A stretch of DNA of 64,000 nucleotides, taken from positions 603,023-667,022 of the forward strand of contig MU058451.1 of assembly GCA_013265495.1 (NCBI GenBank), written 5' to 3'. The notes below the pieces were generated by a model that had not been told where the DNA came from, ran no database searches, and saw nothing but the letters and a program-made list of their open reading frames with translations. Below, in pieces: positions 37,781 through 51,640 of the stretch. Position numbers and translations under genes: made by a program. Position 1 is the first letter of the stretch. The number at the start of each line of letters is the position of its first letter. The DNA is from Vicugna vicugna. Lineage: Eukaryota.

Positions 37781-38337
37781 TATCCTTCTAATTTTTTCAC
37801 CTCCTGTTACTGTACATTAAAGAAAATAGCACACACAAAAAAGAATATAGCCCAAACTGGTCCATTCTGAGGGGCTGTTTCCTGACACAGAGATCCTGCC
37901 ATATTCTTCAAGAGAAGAATGTTGCTCTGAAGAATGAACTGTGGATGAAACAATATGACCTAATTCCGTATCTATAACAGTCTATGACTTGAAGATATAC
38001 TGGCCAGATAGTGGGGAAAATTTCGTAGTCTAACTGTGTCCTGAATTTTGCCCGCACAGCTGTACCTACAATATAAAGAAGTATGCTTCCAAGGAATTTC
38101 ACTAAAAAAGGGAATTTTAACCTCTGTTTTGAAGGCTAAATTTATAGCTTTGTGCTTGGAAGGTAGTGTTTCTTTCTCTTTTCTTTTTATATACCACATG
38201 GAAAATACTTTCCCTGAGGGATAAAGACTCTCAGGAGATTTTAAGACTTGATGTTTAAATATGTGCTCAGATAAACCAATGTACTACATTTATGTCTGTT
38301 TTTCCTAAGCATAGGAGTCACCATCCCTATAATGAAC

Positions 38338-38443
38338 TTTTAAAAAATTGAAATAGTCAGTTACAATGTGACAGTTTCTGGTGTACAGCATGATCTCCCA
38401 GTCATGCATATACACACATAGATTCATTTTCATATTCTTTTTT
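38338..38443 (-). mobile_element. Short camelid-type L1 3' tip
   Basis: tttaaaaaattgaaatagtcagttacaatgtg ... ttcattttcatattcttttt, similar to 16790-16885. Confidence 0.75.
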
Positions 38444-38759
38444 ACCTCTAACAAAATTTTGTTAATACTTTCTGGAACATGAAGACCATTTTATCTTCAG
38501 GATATTAGTGTACTAGTTAGACAAAAACTGATAGTCTTGCAAAATGTGTTTGTCATCTATTTTGTTTCTATTCTGTTTGTTTTTTTGAGATACCTTGCTC
38601 AGCTTCCTCAGGAGAGTTTTATATCTGTCTAATCAACGGAAAAAGCAGTCTGTTTTTCACAATGAAAAAGAAACTACCACTTGCTGAATAATTGTGTATG
38701 GCTTGGGGTAAGGCACAGTCCCTAAATTTCAAGGATATCTGTCCCTAAGAAGAGAGCCA

Positions 38760-38773
38760 CCAGCAGATGGCAA
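38760..38773 (+). promoter_or_regulatory. Candidate CTCF core motif
   Basis: ccagcagatggcaa matches CCASYAGRKGGCRS at 13 of 14 positions, in apparently unique sequence. Confidence 0.45.
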
Positions 38774-39539
38774 TCCCCCTACGTGGAATCTCCTTCCAGA
38801 CAAATGGCAAGTACCTAAGTAAGCTGATACCGCAGTGAAGTCACATGCCATTTCAGAGAAACCTGATAGCTTTGGCTGGGTAGGAACCCATTTAACATTA
38901 TCTCTCAGCTATTATCTCATCTCTTCGTTCCTTCAACTCGGCGTTTTGTGTACAGCATCCCAGAGGTCAAGCGTGGCTACTAGGCTGGGTACTTTGAACG
39001 TGGTCCCTGGGTTTGGTATTAGGCACAGACGTTTTTAACAAGCAAATTATGTTGACTGTTCTCCACAGTGACCTTGATGGGGCTATTTGCTGTGCTCGCC
39101 TCTGTGACCTCCTGGGCTTGGCTAGCCCATGTTTTGGGATGTTAAGCATTGAGTTACAGGAACTTCCGAGCAAACCTTAAGGCAGAGTGTGCTGCTGCTG
39201 TTTTATTTAAATAAGAAATGTGGAGCTTTCTCCCCAACAACAACAACAAAAAAACCTGTGATCTTGAATGTGACGGGCTGGTTCAGCTGTCTTCATGCCC
39301 CGCCTTTCCTCTGTGGACTGGTCCTGGTGGTAGGCCTCTACAGGAAGTCTGCACTCTTTTACTTACAAAAATCCACCTGCACAGCACTGTAACCTTCCGG
39401 AAACTGATTGAGATGTGGCAACTGTTAAGAAATTTGAGGCCTATGGCTGATACTTCTTGATTTTTAGGCATATTTTAAAATTTATTCTCTCTGTAGGAAA
39501 TTTTCTCTGATCTTATACTTTTTCATATGTGTGTATATA

Positions 39540-39830
39540 TGAAGAGGCTTTTGGCTGCAACAGAAAACCCATCTCAGATTAGTTTAAATAATAAGGCAAT
39601 TTGTTATTTTCTATAACAGAAAATCCCAAGATAAAACAATCTTCAGGGTTGGTTAGTTCAGTGGCTGAACAAGGTTACTGGATGCTAAGATTCTTCTGTA
39701 TATCCAGTTTGTCATTCTTAGCTTTGGCTCTGTCCTTAGGTTCCTTCTTATGGTCATAATATGGCTTCAGGGAGTTCAGCGTCATCCAGGAGAAGAGACT
39801 CACTTCTTTACCTCCAACCCCCTGAGAAGC
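39540..39830 (-). mobile_element. MLT1J/K-like LTR fragment
   Basis: ttttggctgcaacagaaaaccc ... cttcagggttggttagttcagtggctgaac. Confidence 0.65.
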
Positions 39831-39864
39831 CTTTGCATCTTTGAACCCACAACTGACACTTTGT

Positions 39865-40800
39865 TAATGTCCCTCAATTTGAGCTTTTCAAATGTTTCTT
39901 CATGGTCAGGTTATGCAGTTTTTGGCAATAATATTACAGAAGTGATGGTGTGCTTTCTCATTGCATTCCAGTTGGATGACACATTGTTGAGTTGCCCCTT
40001 TGCTGGTGATGCGAACTCTGATCACTTGATTACCATAGTGTCTCTCCCAGGAGTCTTCACTGTAAAGTTGCTTTTCTCCTTGTTTTCTGTTTTTTTGTGT
40101 GTGGAAATACTCTGAAACTCTGAAAATACCTGTTCCATACCTCACTTCACCCATTAGTTTTAGCATGCGTTGATGTATCATGCTTGACTTAATTATTAAT
40201 ATGATGGTTTCTAAGTGATTTTTTTTTCTAATTCCATAATTTTTTCCTGTTTATAAGTAGAATTTTCTTTTCTCCCCATTTATTTATTTGTTTATTTATG
40301 TCGGTAGAGACTCAGTGATTCCTATTTTATTCAATGCTTTGTCATCTGTTATTTTCATTATTATTTTGATGTTCAAATTGGCCCAGATTTGGCTTTAGTT
40401 GCCCCTTCAAGCTATCTTTTGTGTCCTTTTGATGCGTTTTCACTCTTTTAGCATTTCCTTACCTCTTGATGCCAAAATATGTTTCAGGCTCATCTTGCAC
40501 TTTCCTTGCCCAGCCCTGGATTCAGCCATTCCTCCAAGAAGTTCTAGTTTCTTTTGGCCCCAAACTGGGTGCTAGTTGTGCTCGTTGCTATTGGGATGCT
40601 GCTGTTCCCAGGCCAGAGCTAAAAAATACACATAAGTACACATATCCCTTTATGTCTATATTTGTGTATTTTGAAACTGTGAGTTCACACTGATAATGCC
40701 AATTCCAATCCAATACCATGAGGTTCGTCTCAGTCGTTGAGAACACTGGCTCCCATTATGATCAATATATTTACTCACTAGCTCAGTAAGTAATTATGTT
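39865..40800 (-). mobile_element. L1MC4/5-like 3'UTR
   Basis: ggttatgcagtttttggcaataatattacagaagtgatg; gtttcaggctcatcttgcactttccttgcccagccctggattcagccatt. Confidence 0.8.
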
Positions 40801-41369
40801 GCCAATTACTGACCTTGTAAGACTGTCCCTGCTTCCCTACTCCACTACCACCTTCACAGGGGCTGTCGCTGTGACACCTGGTGCCAACACCATCTTTAAG
40901 GGGCAATATTACTGAACTGCTCAGACTGCCTTTTGTCCCCAGCTCTGATGTCACCCTCCTATAGGTTACCATTACTGTCCTGATGGGGTCTGCCACTTAG
41001 ACTAAAGAGGGAGAGCAGAAAGGAAGGAAGAAAAGAGGAAGAATGAAGACTTAAGAGATTGTGGTTTGAAATAAATAAAGGGGATTTTAACTATCATTAG
41101 AGTTAGGATGTATGCCCATGGTTATCTATTCTTCACTAGTCTAGTTTTTTTTTTAAGTTTCATGTTAAAATGTAGTTTAACAGAAAATTAGCATAATCCT
41201 TTCTTTAAAATAGAAATATTCAGACTTAAAATACTATTTTAAAAAAAGCCCACTGAAAATATTTGCATGTCCCCTGAATTTGGCATATGAAGTCACACAT
41301 ACACTTAATATAAACAGATTAATTAAGGCTTCCACCATGAATATCTTAAAAGTAAGTATGGCATGTGTT

Positions 41370-41580
41370 CTGATTTAAATTGCCTGAGTTGCCTCTTGTA
41401 TGACTTTGATTAAGTTACTTGAACTCTATATTCCTTAGTTTCCTCGTCTGTAAAATATGAGTAGTAATAGTACTTATCTTTCAGAATGATTTTGAGAACT
41501 ACATGAGTTGATAAAGTCCTTGGAATAATACCTGATACTTAGTAAACAGTATCGTAATTGTTGCTGCTGTTATTTTATTA
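41370..41580 (+). mobile_element. MIR SINE
   Basis: ccttagtttcctcgtctgtaaaatatgagtagtaatagtac. Confidence 0.8.
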
Positions 41581-41919
41581 TTCTTATTTGTATTGCTGTA
41601 TCTCTTTTCCAACATTTGTCATGTGAATGTTTACTATCATGCCTCTAACTTCTTTAGAAGTTGCCTAACTTTCTCTAGACTTTATTTATAGTATTTCTTT
41701 TTTTTTAAAATATGAACTAGTGATAAATTCTCCTCCTCTTCATACTTCTGCAAAGGCATTCTCTTGGCAGTTACTCAGTCTAGCCTCCTCACCCCCATAA
41801 CTCTATTGTTTTCACCTTTTTTCCCCCTCTTGCTTGTGTAGAAATATCTTACCCAAGTTCTAAGGGCTTTGTGGAATCTAGAACTTCAGAAGATCAAATA
41901 GTTCTTTTATGGGCTCTGG

Positions 41920-43600
41920 ATTTGCCTGTGTGACCTTGTGACAGTTGCTCAACTACTCTGAGACCCAAGTTCTTTATAAGATGAAATGAAGTAGTGTTGC
42001 TTCATAGGGCTACTGTATGGTTGGTTGCTTGGTTGGCTGATTTATTTGTTTCACTTAAAAATTTAGATATAATCGACATATAACATTATATTATTTTCAG
42101 GTGTAGAACTTAATGGTTTGATATTTGTATGTATTGTAAAATGGTCACCACAATAAGTCTAGTTAATATCCATCACCATACATTGTTACAAAATTTTTTT
42201 CTTGTGTTAAAAACTTTTAAGACTTACTCTTAGCAACTTTCAAATATACAACACAAGTGTTATTAACTGTCGTCATCATGCTGTACATTACAACCCCATG
42301 ACTTATATATTTTATAACACCTATTTTACCTCCCTATCCCCGGCCTCAGGCAACCACCTATCTGTTTCCTGTATCCATGAGTGAGCTCAGTTTTTGTTTA
42401 TTTGGTTGGTTTTTTTTAGCTTCCATATATAAGTAAGATCATATGTTATTTTTCTTTCTCTGTCTGACTTATTTCACTTAGCATGATGCCCTCAAGTTCT
42501 ATCCATGTTGTCACAATGGCAAGATTTCACTATGTTTTATGACTGAATAGTATCCCATTGAAAATGTATACCATATTTTCTTTATACATTCATCCATTGA
42601 TGGACAATTAGGTTGCCTCCATATCTTGGATATTGTAAGTAATGCTGCAGTGAACATAGGGGTACATATATCTTTTCAAATTAGTGTTTCTGTTTTCTTT
42701 GGATGAATACCCAGAGGTGAAATTGCTAGATCACGTGGCAGTTCTGTTTTTAATTTTTTGAGAAAATTCTGTCCTGGTTTCCATAGTGGCTGCACCAATT
42801 TATATTCCAAACAATGGTGTACAAAAGTTACTTTTTCTATATATCCTTGCCAACACTTGTTATTTCTTGACTTTGATAATAACCATTCTGATAGGTGTGA
42901 GATGATATCTCACTGTAGTTTTGATTTGAATTTCCCTGATTGTTAGTGATGTTGTGCACTTTTCATGTGCCTGTTGGCCATCTGTATGCCTTTGGGAAAA
43001 TGTCTAGATTCTCTGCCCGTTTTTTAATCAGATTTTTTTGGTTTTGCTATTGAGTTATATGAGTTCTTTTTATATTGTGAATATTAACCTCTTATCAGAT
43101 ATAGGATTGCAAATATTTTCTTCTATTCTGTATGTTGTCTTTTCATTTTGTTGATGGTACCCTTTGCTGTGCAGAAGCTTTTTAGTTTGATATAGTCCCC
43201 CTTGTTTATTTTTGCTTCTGTTGCCTTTGCTTTGGTGTCAAATCCAAAAAATCATTGCTAAGACTGATGTCAAGGAGCTTACTGCCTATGTTTTCGTCTA
43301 GGAATTTTATGGTTTCAGCTCTTACATTCAAGTCTCAGATTAATTCTGAGTTAATTTTTGTGTATTGTGTATGGACCCAGTTTCACTTTTTTGCATACAT
43401 CTGTCTAGTTTTCCCAACACTGTTAATTGGAGAGACTGTCCTTTCCCCATTTTATACCCTTGGATCATTTGTCATAAATTAATTGACCATATGTATGTGG
43501 GTTTATTTCTGGGCTCTCTATTCTGTTTCATTGATCTATGTGTGTTACTATGTGGTTTAAATGAGACAATTTGCTAAAGCGCTTAACACAGTGCTCAAAA
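41920..43600 (+). mobile_element. MIR SINE split by an L1 insertion
   Basis: ctgtgtgaccttgtgacagttgctcaac left of the L1; ttaaatgagacaatttgctaaagcgcttaacacagtgc right of it. Confidence 0.7.
42023..43545 (-). mobile_element. 5'-truncated L1 (L1MA8/9-like 3' region)
   Basis: Antisense ORF2 C-terminus and 3'UTR; degenerate TSD tactgtatggtt (42011-42022) / tactatgtggtt (43546-43557). Confidence 0.92.
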
Positions 43601-43857
43601 AATTTTAGCGATGATGTTGATTATGATACCAAATTGGAGGAGTTGATTCTGACCTTTACTTCGACTTTCTTCTCTTTTCTTGGATGCCTTTCTTCCACAT
43701 CTTAAGTATTTGCTCTAATGCTGAGAAGATGGATATATGCAGCTTCAAACAGTTGTTGGTTAGTAGTCTCTGTAAAAAAAACCCCTGAAATTTTGGTTGT
43801 TTGAGAGTGATGTGATGAATTTAGAATTGTGGAATTTGAGACTGACAACTGTTGAAA

Positions 43858-44115
43858 GCCAGTATAATGTTTCTAAGGGCATAGACTCTGGAGCCAGTCT
43901 GCCTGGGTTTCAACCCGAGTTCTTCCACTTGCTAGTTGTGTGACCTTGGAAAAGTTACTTAATCTCCATGTGTATCAGTTTCCTCATCTGTAAAGTGGGG
44001 TTGATGATAAAATGCCTATTTCACAAGACTGTTATGAGAATTCACCAAGTTAAAATATGTGAAAATACTTAGACTGGTGTCTAGCATTTAGTAAGAACTG
44101 TTTATATGTTAGCCA
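43858..44115 (+). mobile_element. Near full-length MIR
   Basis: gactctggagccagtctgcctgggttt ... gtgtgaccttggaaaagttacttaatc ... cagtttcctcatctgtaaagtgggg. Confidence 0.92.
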
Positions 44116-44251
44116 TTGAACTGCTGATATGTAATGGCCTATGAGCATCAGAGGTTTCCTGTGACCACAACCAAGTCACTCTTATTTCCTGTTGTTTAGA
44201 CTCTCTTTTCCTTTGTGTGTAGGAAGTTGAATTTTTGTAGTATACATATTG

Positions 44252-44302
44252 CATATGTATTACAGTTACAGATGTATTACAATTACATATGCATTACAAC
44301 TA
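44252..44302. repeat. 17-bp x3 minisatellite
   Basis: catatgtattacagtta / cagatgtattacaatta / catatgcattacaacta. Confidence 0.8.
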
Positions 44303-44894
44303 TATTATGTATATAATCTAGTTTTCTTACTTATCCATTCTACTGATACATGATTGATGGTTTGCAGAGTGGGAGAGACCTTTTCTCTTTAGCCTCTACC
44401 CATATGAACAAGTGAGATGGGAGTGGAACCAAAGCATGTCACTGATGTGATTCATTGGAGGATGTCTGGATGGCTGAGAAGCAGTGATGGGTACCTCTCC
44501 TTTCCTCCATGTGACCCAGATGCTTAAAGAGCCGTGGAGAACTGAGTCAGCTGAATGTTTTGGCTCAGTCCATCTTGTTTGTAGCATAAACCCCCACATA
44601 GTCTCTTAAATCACTGGTCCTTTATTTTCCCTGCCAAGCTGATTAATGCACCTGAGGTTAGAGTTTTTTATTTTAGACTCAAAGTCACTAGCAAAAGAGA
44701 TGTTTTATTTGAAGAGGTATTGCGATATTTTGATGTAATACCTATTTTTTGAAAAGTTTTTTTGTTTGTTTATTTGTTTCAGATCCATTGGGCCAGTACA
44801 GATTAGGCTTTGAATATGATTGCTTTTTAAAACATAGATTATACTTAATATCTGTTCAGATTTTTCTTAGAAGCAGCATGATATGATAAAAAGA

Positions 44895-45460
44895 ACATTC
44901 ATTCATTAAACAAATATATATTAAGCTTCTAATAAATGCCAGCCAACTGTGCTGGGTGAAGAGGAAGTATGTGTATACACACACACATTGCCTCTCCCCA
45001 TTCCTTGATGAAAATATATTTCTTCTTTTACAACTTACATCTGGTGGAGAGACAGACATTAATCTAAGAATCATGTAATTAAAAGAATAATTATAACTAG
45101 GGGAAGAACATGGTGTTGAAAGAATGTGTATTCGGAGAAACCTGTCTACCTAGAGAGGCCAAGGAAGGCTGCCTGGAGGCAGTGGCATTTGAGCCGAGAT
45201 CTGAAGGATAAGCAGGAGATAACCCTACAGAGCCATGAGGGAGTGAAGAAAGGTGAATATTCTAGTCAGGGGCATAGTGTATGCAAAGGTCTATGGCAGG
45301 AAGGAGCATGAATTGTTTGAAGAGCAGGAAGAGGGTGAGTGTTGTCATAGTTCAGAGACAAGGAGGAGTGTGGTGACATCATGAGGCTGTAGATTTAGGT
45401 AGGAGACAGAGGGTTGGGTCTTGTGGGCATGTTAAGCACTTGTGTTATCCCAAGTTTGCT
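44895..45460 (-). mobile_element. L2 3' region (likely resumes near 45960-46075)
   Basis: cattcattcattaaacaaatat ... ggaggcagtggcatttgagccgagatctgaagga ... tgcaaaggtctatggcagga. Confidence 0.85.
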
Positions 45461-45901
45461 GGAAAAGGACCTCTCAGCTGTTGAGAGAAGCTTAGGCCAT
45501 GGCTTATGGTGTATGACAAAAAAAAAAAAGAAGAAATGCTAAAAAAGGGCTAATAATTAGGGCTTTAATTTTAATATTCTCAATATATAAAAATACAATT
45601 CAGTACAAATATGCTATTCACAAGATAATTACAGAACTTACTAAAAAAAATCAGTTGAAAGCATACTGCAGGTGGTGCAGGTTGGTAATGAGACCTCGAT
45701 TTGAAGTTGTATGATGAGCATCTCTTCCCTGGCCCTGTGTCTCTGTGACTACAGTGTGTACATTCTCACTTGGAGGTAGGGCCAAACTTTCTGTCTGTAG
45801 CTCTTCATGAATGTGAGGCCACATGGCCTTTTATGATAGGCTCTGAAGAAGGAACTATTGAAATACTGCAAACAAGGGAAAGTGATGTAGTCAGACCTGC
45901 A

Positions 45902-45936
45902 GACAAACAAACAAACAAACAAACAAACAAACAAAC
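45902..45936. repeat. (CAAA)n microsatellite
   Basis: About 8 direct units. Confidence 0.95.
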
Positions 45937-47576
45937 TCATCATTGTAAACTGACTAGATTTTAAAGAGGACAGTGAGAATTTGGGAAGATCAGTTAGACA
46001 ATTGGAGTAGTCTTGACAGGAGATGCGAGAGGCATGTACTAGGGCGATGGCAATGGAGCTTGAATGAAACAGATTGTTTTAGTCTTTGTTTAGATTGAAA
46101 TGTACAGAACAACCGTAATTTTGGACTTTATAGAATAATGTCCCCATATTGGTGTTAGAATTAGGTAACTTGACTGAAAGGTAAGCAAAAATCTCTAAAT
46201 TACACCAGTATAGTGATTCTTTTTTTCCCCTGCATAATAATGTCTTTTCATATTCACATATCTGGATATATTTTAAACTTTTCATTTTCCAAACAGCTTT
46301 TGCTTGTATGAACAGTCACTTGAGTATGGAAATAACACAGTTTGCACGTGTTAATACTTACACTGTGGCTTTGTTTTTAATGCAGAAATTGCTAGCAAAC
46401 ATTTATTGAGCACCTGCTATGTACCTGGTAATAAAGGATTTTAGTTTACGATCTGTAAATTTGTATTTCTCTCTACAATCTTATAACATTATGATACTTA
46501 TGAAACAAATTTAAGCTATTTCAACTTAGTTTTAAATAACTCAAAGATTGAAAGTACGAAAATGTAAAAGGAAAAAGAAGTTAAGTTCCTTAGTTCTTGA
46601 ATATTGTGTGGCAAATGCCCTGTTTTAAGAATCCTCTTAGCCTTTTCACCCTGCTTTCCCACTGTGTGCCCAGAATAATTGATTATCCATGTATGATTCT
46701 ACAAGCATTGCAGCAAAAAGGCAGAAAACAATGGACAAAGATAATGAAATTTCACATTTTGTTTTGCCTACCCTTTTTCTTTCAAACTAACCTAAGTTAA
46801 TAAAACTTCACGTAAAAGCCTTTGAAATTTCATCATGGGTTTTGTGGAAGAGGTGAAAGTTGACCTCGAAGTGCTTGACCTGTAGCTTGGCAGCTACTGA
46901 AAGTCTAGCCTCATAATTCAGAGGTCCAGTGGCAGCTTTGCCTGTAAACTCAGGTCTTCATTTCACTGACATTTTCAGGTTTATTCTCCTTGAAAATGCT
47001 AACAAAAGTGAAGCATATCATTTCTCTACTTGGGATAGCAGTGGTGATGTTTATGGAACCGTTTGCTGTCTCAGGGGTAATCTCCTGGATAATTTGGATT
47101 AACCTTATCGGGTCTCTAGATACCACATTACCCAGGGTGGATGATTTCCAGAATAACCTTTCCAGATCTAAAAGTTTTAACCTCAGCACCATGTTTTATT
47201 AAAAAACTTTCAACAGAAATTCATTGAAAACTATCCAGCGCGGCTTATTTCAACCCTTTCGGTCTGAAGTAGCCTTTATCCAGGCAAGAAAACATAATAT
47301 CTTCCGTGAATAATTCTAATTAGAAAGTGGGACATCCTGACGTCTTCTGTTTAGTTTTTCACAGGACAGTTTCTATGTATCAAAGTGTCGTTCTCCCCAT
47401 ATTTGTTCAGGTTTTGAAATTGATTATGTGGAAAAAAAAAAGGGAGGAGTGCTTTTGTTAGTTTATTTGCTGGTAGAAAGAGTTTACTTAAAGGAGTGAA
47501 GAATTTTCCCCAAGGAAGAATTTGTCTTTTCGACTGACAACAGAGAGAGTCTTTTATTTGTATTGATTGAAAGTCC

Positions 47577-47608
47577 TTGTGTGTGAGTGAGTGTGTGTGT
47601 GTGTGTGT
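47577..47608. repeat. (TG)n microsatellite, interrupted
   Basis: Direct repeat. Confidence 0.9.
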
Positions 47609-48369
47609 TCATAGGAAAGAGGGAATTTAGATTCCTTCCCAAACTGGGATCAACCCTGAAATTCTTTCCCACTCAAGACAGCTATATCCTAATAAAGCTT
47701 GCTCTTTTAAAATCTAATTTTATGTTACTAACAATTACTTTTTAGTGTTATAAGGCTAGAGCTTATATTTCCAGTGCAAGGCTATAAATTTCATTGTCTC
47801 AAAATTAAAAAATAGAAAAATAAAATAAACTAACAGTTGTAATTGCAATTAGGTGAGAAGGTGAGCCCAGGTGATTCACTGCATATATGTGGAAAATCTT
47901 CATCTGATCTGAATGAGCTTTAAGTGGTGGAACAGAGCAGGGGTGGCTGATAAAACTAACTTCCTATCTGTAATGCCCTATCTGTTGGAGTACTTCATGG
48001 TCTTAATCTAAAGGGATAAGAGAAGAAAAATTCACTTTGCTTTCTTCATCTTGAAAATGGGCCTGTGCTTCTGAAAGTGAGCGGTCTATAAATCTTTACC
48101 TAGTGCACATTAATGTATCTCTAAAAATGAGACTCTGAAAGTAAGCACTTGAGATTGACCATGAGAAAACGGCTGCAGTTGAAGTCTTGTGACGTCAGTG
48201 ATGCTAGTTAGGGTGCTTTTTCACATGGAGGGTCAAGGGAAAGTGTTGAGGTTGTCTTACTAAAAAAATAAGGTCCTACTGCTGATTTACTTTATAAAAT
48301 AGCCTAACCTGGTCAAAGTAAAATCTCCAACAATTTAACATTAGAAGGGATGGGTAAAACCCCTCTCAA

Positions 48370-48610
48370 GATAATAATAGTTTCTATTACCCTGAGAGTT
48401 TCTTTTGTGCTAGATCCTTTGAATGTATGTAGTCTCGTTAATCCTCACAACGCTGTGAGGTGTATATTGTCATCTCCATTTTACAGAGGAGGAAAACTGA
48501 GACTCAGGAGACCAAGGTATTTGACTAAGTGCACCCATCTGGGTTAAAATTCCACAGTGGAAGAGCTGTGATTGGAACCGGATCTGTGTCTGGTCTGTCT
48601 TCTTTCCACT
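48370..48610 (-). mobile_element. MIR SINE
   Basis: ctccattttacagaggaggaaaactgagactcagga. Confidence 0.88.
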
Positions 48611-48989
48611 ATATATGCCTTGCCTACAAAACGCTTAGTTAATTCCTGCTGCATTTTATTGAAAATAAAACCAGAGAGGTTAATGGGGGAAAGCCAGGAT
48701 ACGGGGGTGGGAAAAGGAAGTGACTGTGGGTGCAGTGGCATTTTTCACAGGAGGGTTGCATATTTGGATTAAAATGTAAGGAACTGTGGCCAGGCAGTTA
48801 GAGGATGAGCCAGTTAGCCAGCTAGAGGGAATTTCCACTGAACTTGGGAACACAGATTACTACAAAGATTAATTTAAAGACTAACCAGTCTTTCCTTGTC
48901 TCTGGCCGATGGAATAATGGAAAGAAATTTTGCATTCTAACAATAGAACAATTCTCTTCTAAAACTGGAGTGTGAAATTTAAAGAAATA

Positions 48990-49150
48990 ATAAGAATAAT
49001 AGTGAACATGTATTATACTCATCCTAAGTATGAACCACTTTTCATGCATTATTTTTAACCTCACAACGTCCTTATAATGTAGTTATAAATAAAAATAAAA
49101 GAAATCAAGTATCACTGAGATTAAATGAGTTTCCCTAGGCTGACAGGTCC
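48990..49150 (-). mobile_element. MIR SINE fragment
   Basis: tttcatgcattatttttaacctcacaac ... gagattaaatgagtttccctagg. Confidence 0.6.
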
Positions 49151-51264
49151 ATCTTGATCTTGAGTCTTCATTCTTTCACTCTGTCTTGCTGTCTCGAAGA
49201 AAAATATTTGACTTCTTTCCTTACCCACTACAGGTTACTGTGTGATCTGAAAATAAAAGCCTTAAAACTGTATTTTAAGAGTGATCATCCTGCATATCAG
49301 GTTAGAGGTACTGGTAAGGGTACAGCATGTTAGAGTAAATCTCAGATAGGAGAAACCTTTCCTGACCTTACGCTAGTGTGGTCTGGAAACAGGGCACAAG
49401 AGGGGACCATGTCTGCCTCAAAGTCGCTGAGTGGTTTTAGAGAAATCATGTGACCTCGCTGGCCCCCAATTTTCATGTCTCTCTTGTTTTAAACTCAGCT
49501 CCTAATGTAGTGCTTGGCAGATGATAGGATTAAAAATGATATAGGATATAAATGAGGAAGCTTGGGTTGATAATTCTTAGAATTTTTTTCAGTTCTAAAT
49601 TCTGTGATTCAGGCATAGTAATTTTGGTTTTTTATTCTTTCAGTGAGGAAAATCGTGCTAATCTCTTTTGCAAGGTTATCATTAGAATTAACTAGTATGA
49701 TATTTTCCAAGATATGGAGGTCCTACAGAAAAAGATAAGACAACATCTTCTTTCCTTTCAAATAGTTATGATAACTTTTATTAATATTTTGCATTGATCA
49801 AATACTACAATTATGTCAGTACTATAGGAAAAACAGAACCTTCCTAGCAGGTTCATAATCTGAATACAATTCCAAAGCACTAGTATTTGTGACTGGGTTT
49901 AGAAATGACTACATGCCAATGTTTGAGAGTCTAGTCCCATATACTGTAGCACAGGAAAGAATTAGACTGTCATCAGCTCAGACATGGCCAGAGGGAATAA
50001 AGTTCTCTAAAAGCCTGTTCTATTAGTGGGGCTTTTGCATTGCTTTTTATCTTCGTGGTTTGGAATGGCAGCCACCATTTTGTGGTCTCAAAAAATATGG
50101 AAGGCCGGTGCTTTGTGCTCTAGGCTGGTAATTTGCTGTGAGGCGGGTCAGTCATCCATCCTGGCTCTCAGTTTGTCTGCTTTTGAAAAGTTGATAGTAG
50201 CATTTCAACTGTTAGATTATTGTGGAGATTCGTAATAAATGACTATAGAATAATGTGAGAAAGTTCTATTTCTATGACAACTATGTGGATATGACCTATT
50301 TTCTAAGCCTGTGAAAAGATCAAAATAAATTAGAAGCTTAGAGTTACTAAAATGTTCCAAGTGGAACTTGGGACACATGATTTTATCACTCATTTTCCTT
50401 TGCTGAAAGCCTCACTAGCAAAAGAAAAGAATAGAGAAGAGCAAAGAAAAGGAAAATAAGGGGGAGACAGTCTGTTTATCTACTGACAATAAGAAGCTTA
50501 TCATCCGCAAAATCTCCCGAAGGCATGGTGTTTTCTTCAACCATAAGGGTGGGCTATTTGAAAAAGTGTTAGTGTATGCCCCAGATTTGTACTAATTACG
50601 TATAGTGATTCCAAGTTGCAGTTTATACCTTACTCTTTACTAGTATAGAGACTGAATCAACAAAGAAATAATGTTATGTGGGAAAAATCTAAGAGTCAGA
50701 TGTTAGGTAATGATTTACATTAATTTTTTCATTCATTTATTCATCTCTTTATTCATTCAACCAATATTATTAAGTTCCAGATACTGAGTGAGGTAATGAG
50801 GAGAAAAAGGTAACTGGTCTCATGTTTTGAAATTTAATTTCTTCCTTATTAATATTTATAACCTTTACTTCAGTAAATAACTTATGAAGGTTTATAAAGA
50901 GTTATTCTGATACCTCTGTTAATATATACATTTCTCCTTATTTATGAAGAAGTTTATTCTCTACCAGAGATCCCTATGAATGGGGAAAGCTTTGAATACT
51001 CTAATATGTCTATAATAAGTGGAACTATACACAAGTTAAGAAATAAACAATAAGCTATTAACACAAAGCATGGTGTTTGCTAGAGACTTTCCCTATTGCA
51101 AAGAGAAGCTTTTAAGACTGTAACATGAGCTATGTGACTGTAGTACTGACTCTTCTCAAATATTTAAAAGTGTGAACCTAGAGTGTATCATAGGCTAATC
51201 CTTTAGAGAATACTCTCTTTTATTGATAACGGGTTAAGAAAAAAGAAAAAAAGGAATATTTTGA

Positions 51265-51640
51265 CCCCATATCTGAAAAGCCTAAAGCTTCAGACATGGT
51301 CTAATCCAGGAACTCAGGTGATGTCAATAAGGTAAAATCTTTCTCTCTTGGCTCTGCTTTTCTGTCTATTAGCTCCATTTTTTTTTTGGCGCAATCTCTT
51401 CCCTCATGGCAATAATGGCTATCAATAGTTCTAGAGTTATGTCCTAGTTTGCCAACAATTCAAGTGGAAGAGCATGCCTTTTTCCCAATAGTTCCAACTG
51501 AAATATAAGAATTGAGTTTCATTGACTCTAGTTGGTCTGCCCTGGGTCACATGCCCATTCTGGAATTTTGTTAGTGTCAGTCTCACCCAAACCACATGAA
51601 CTGAAAATGAAGAAAATCAGATTTCTGTTATTAGAAAGAG
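51265..51640 (-). mobile_element. MLT1J-like LTR
   Basis: gcttcagacatggtctaatccaggaactcaggtgatgtc ... tgggtcacatgcccattc. Confidence 0.75.
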
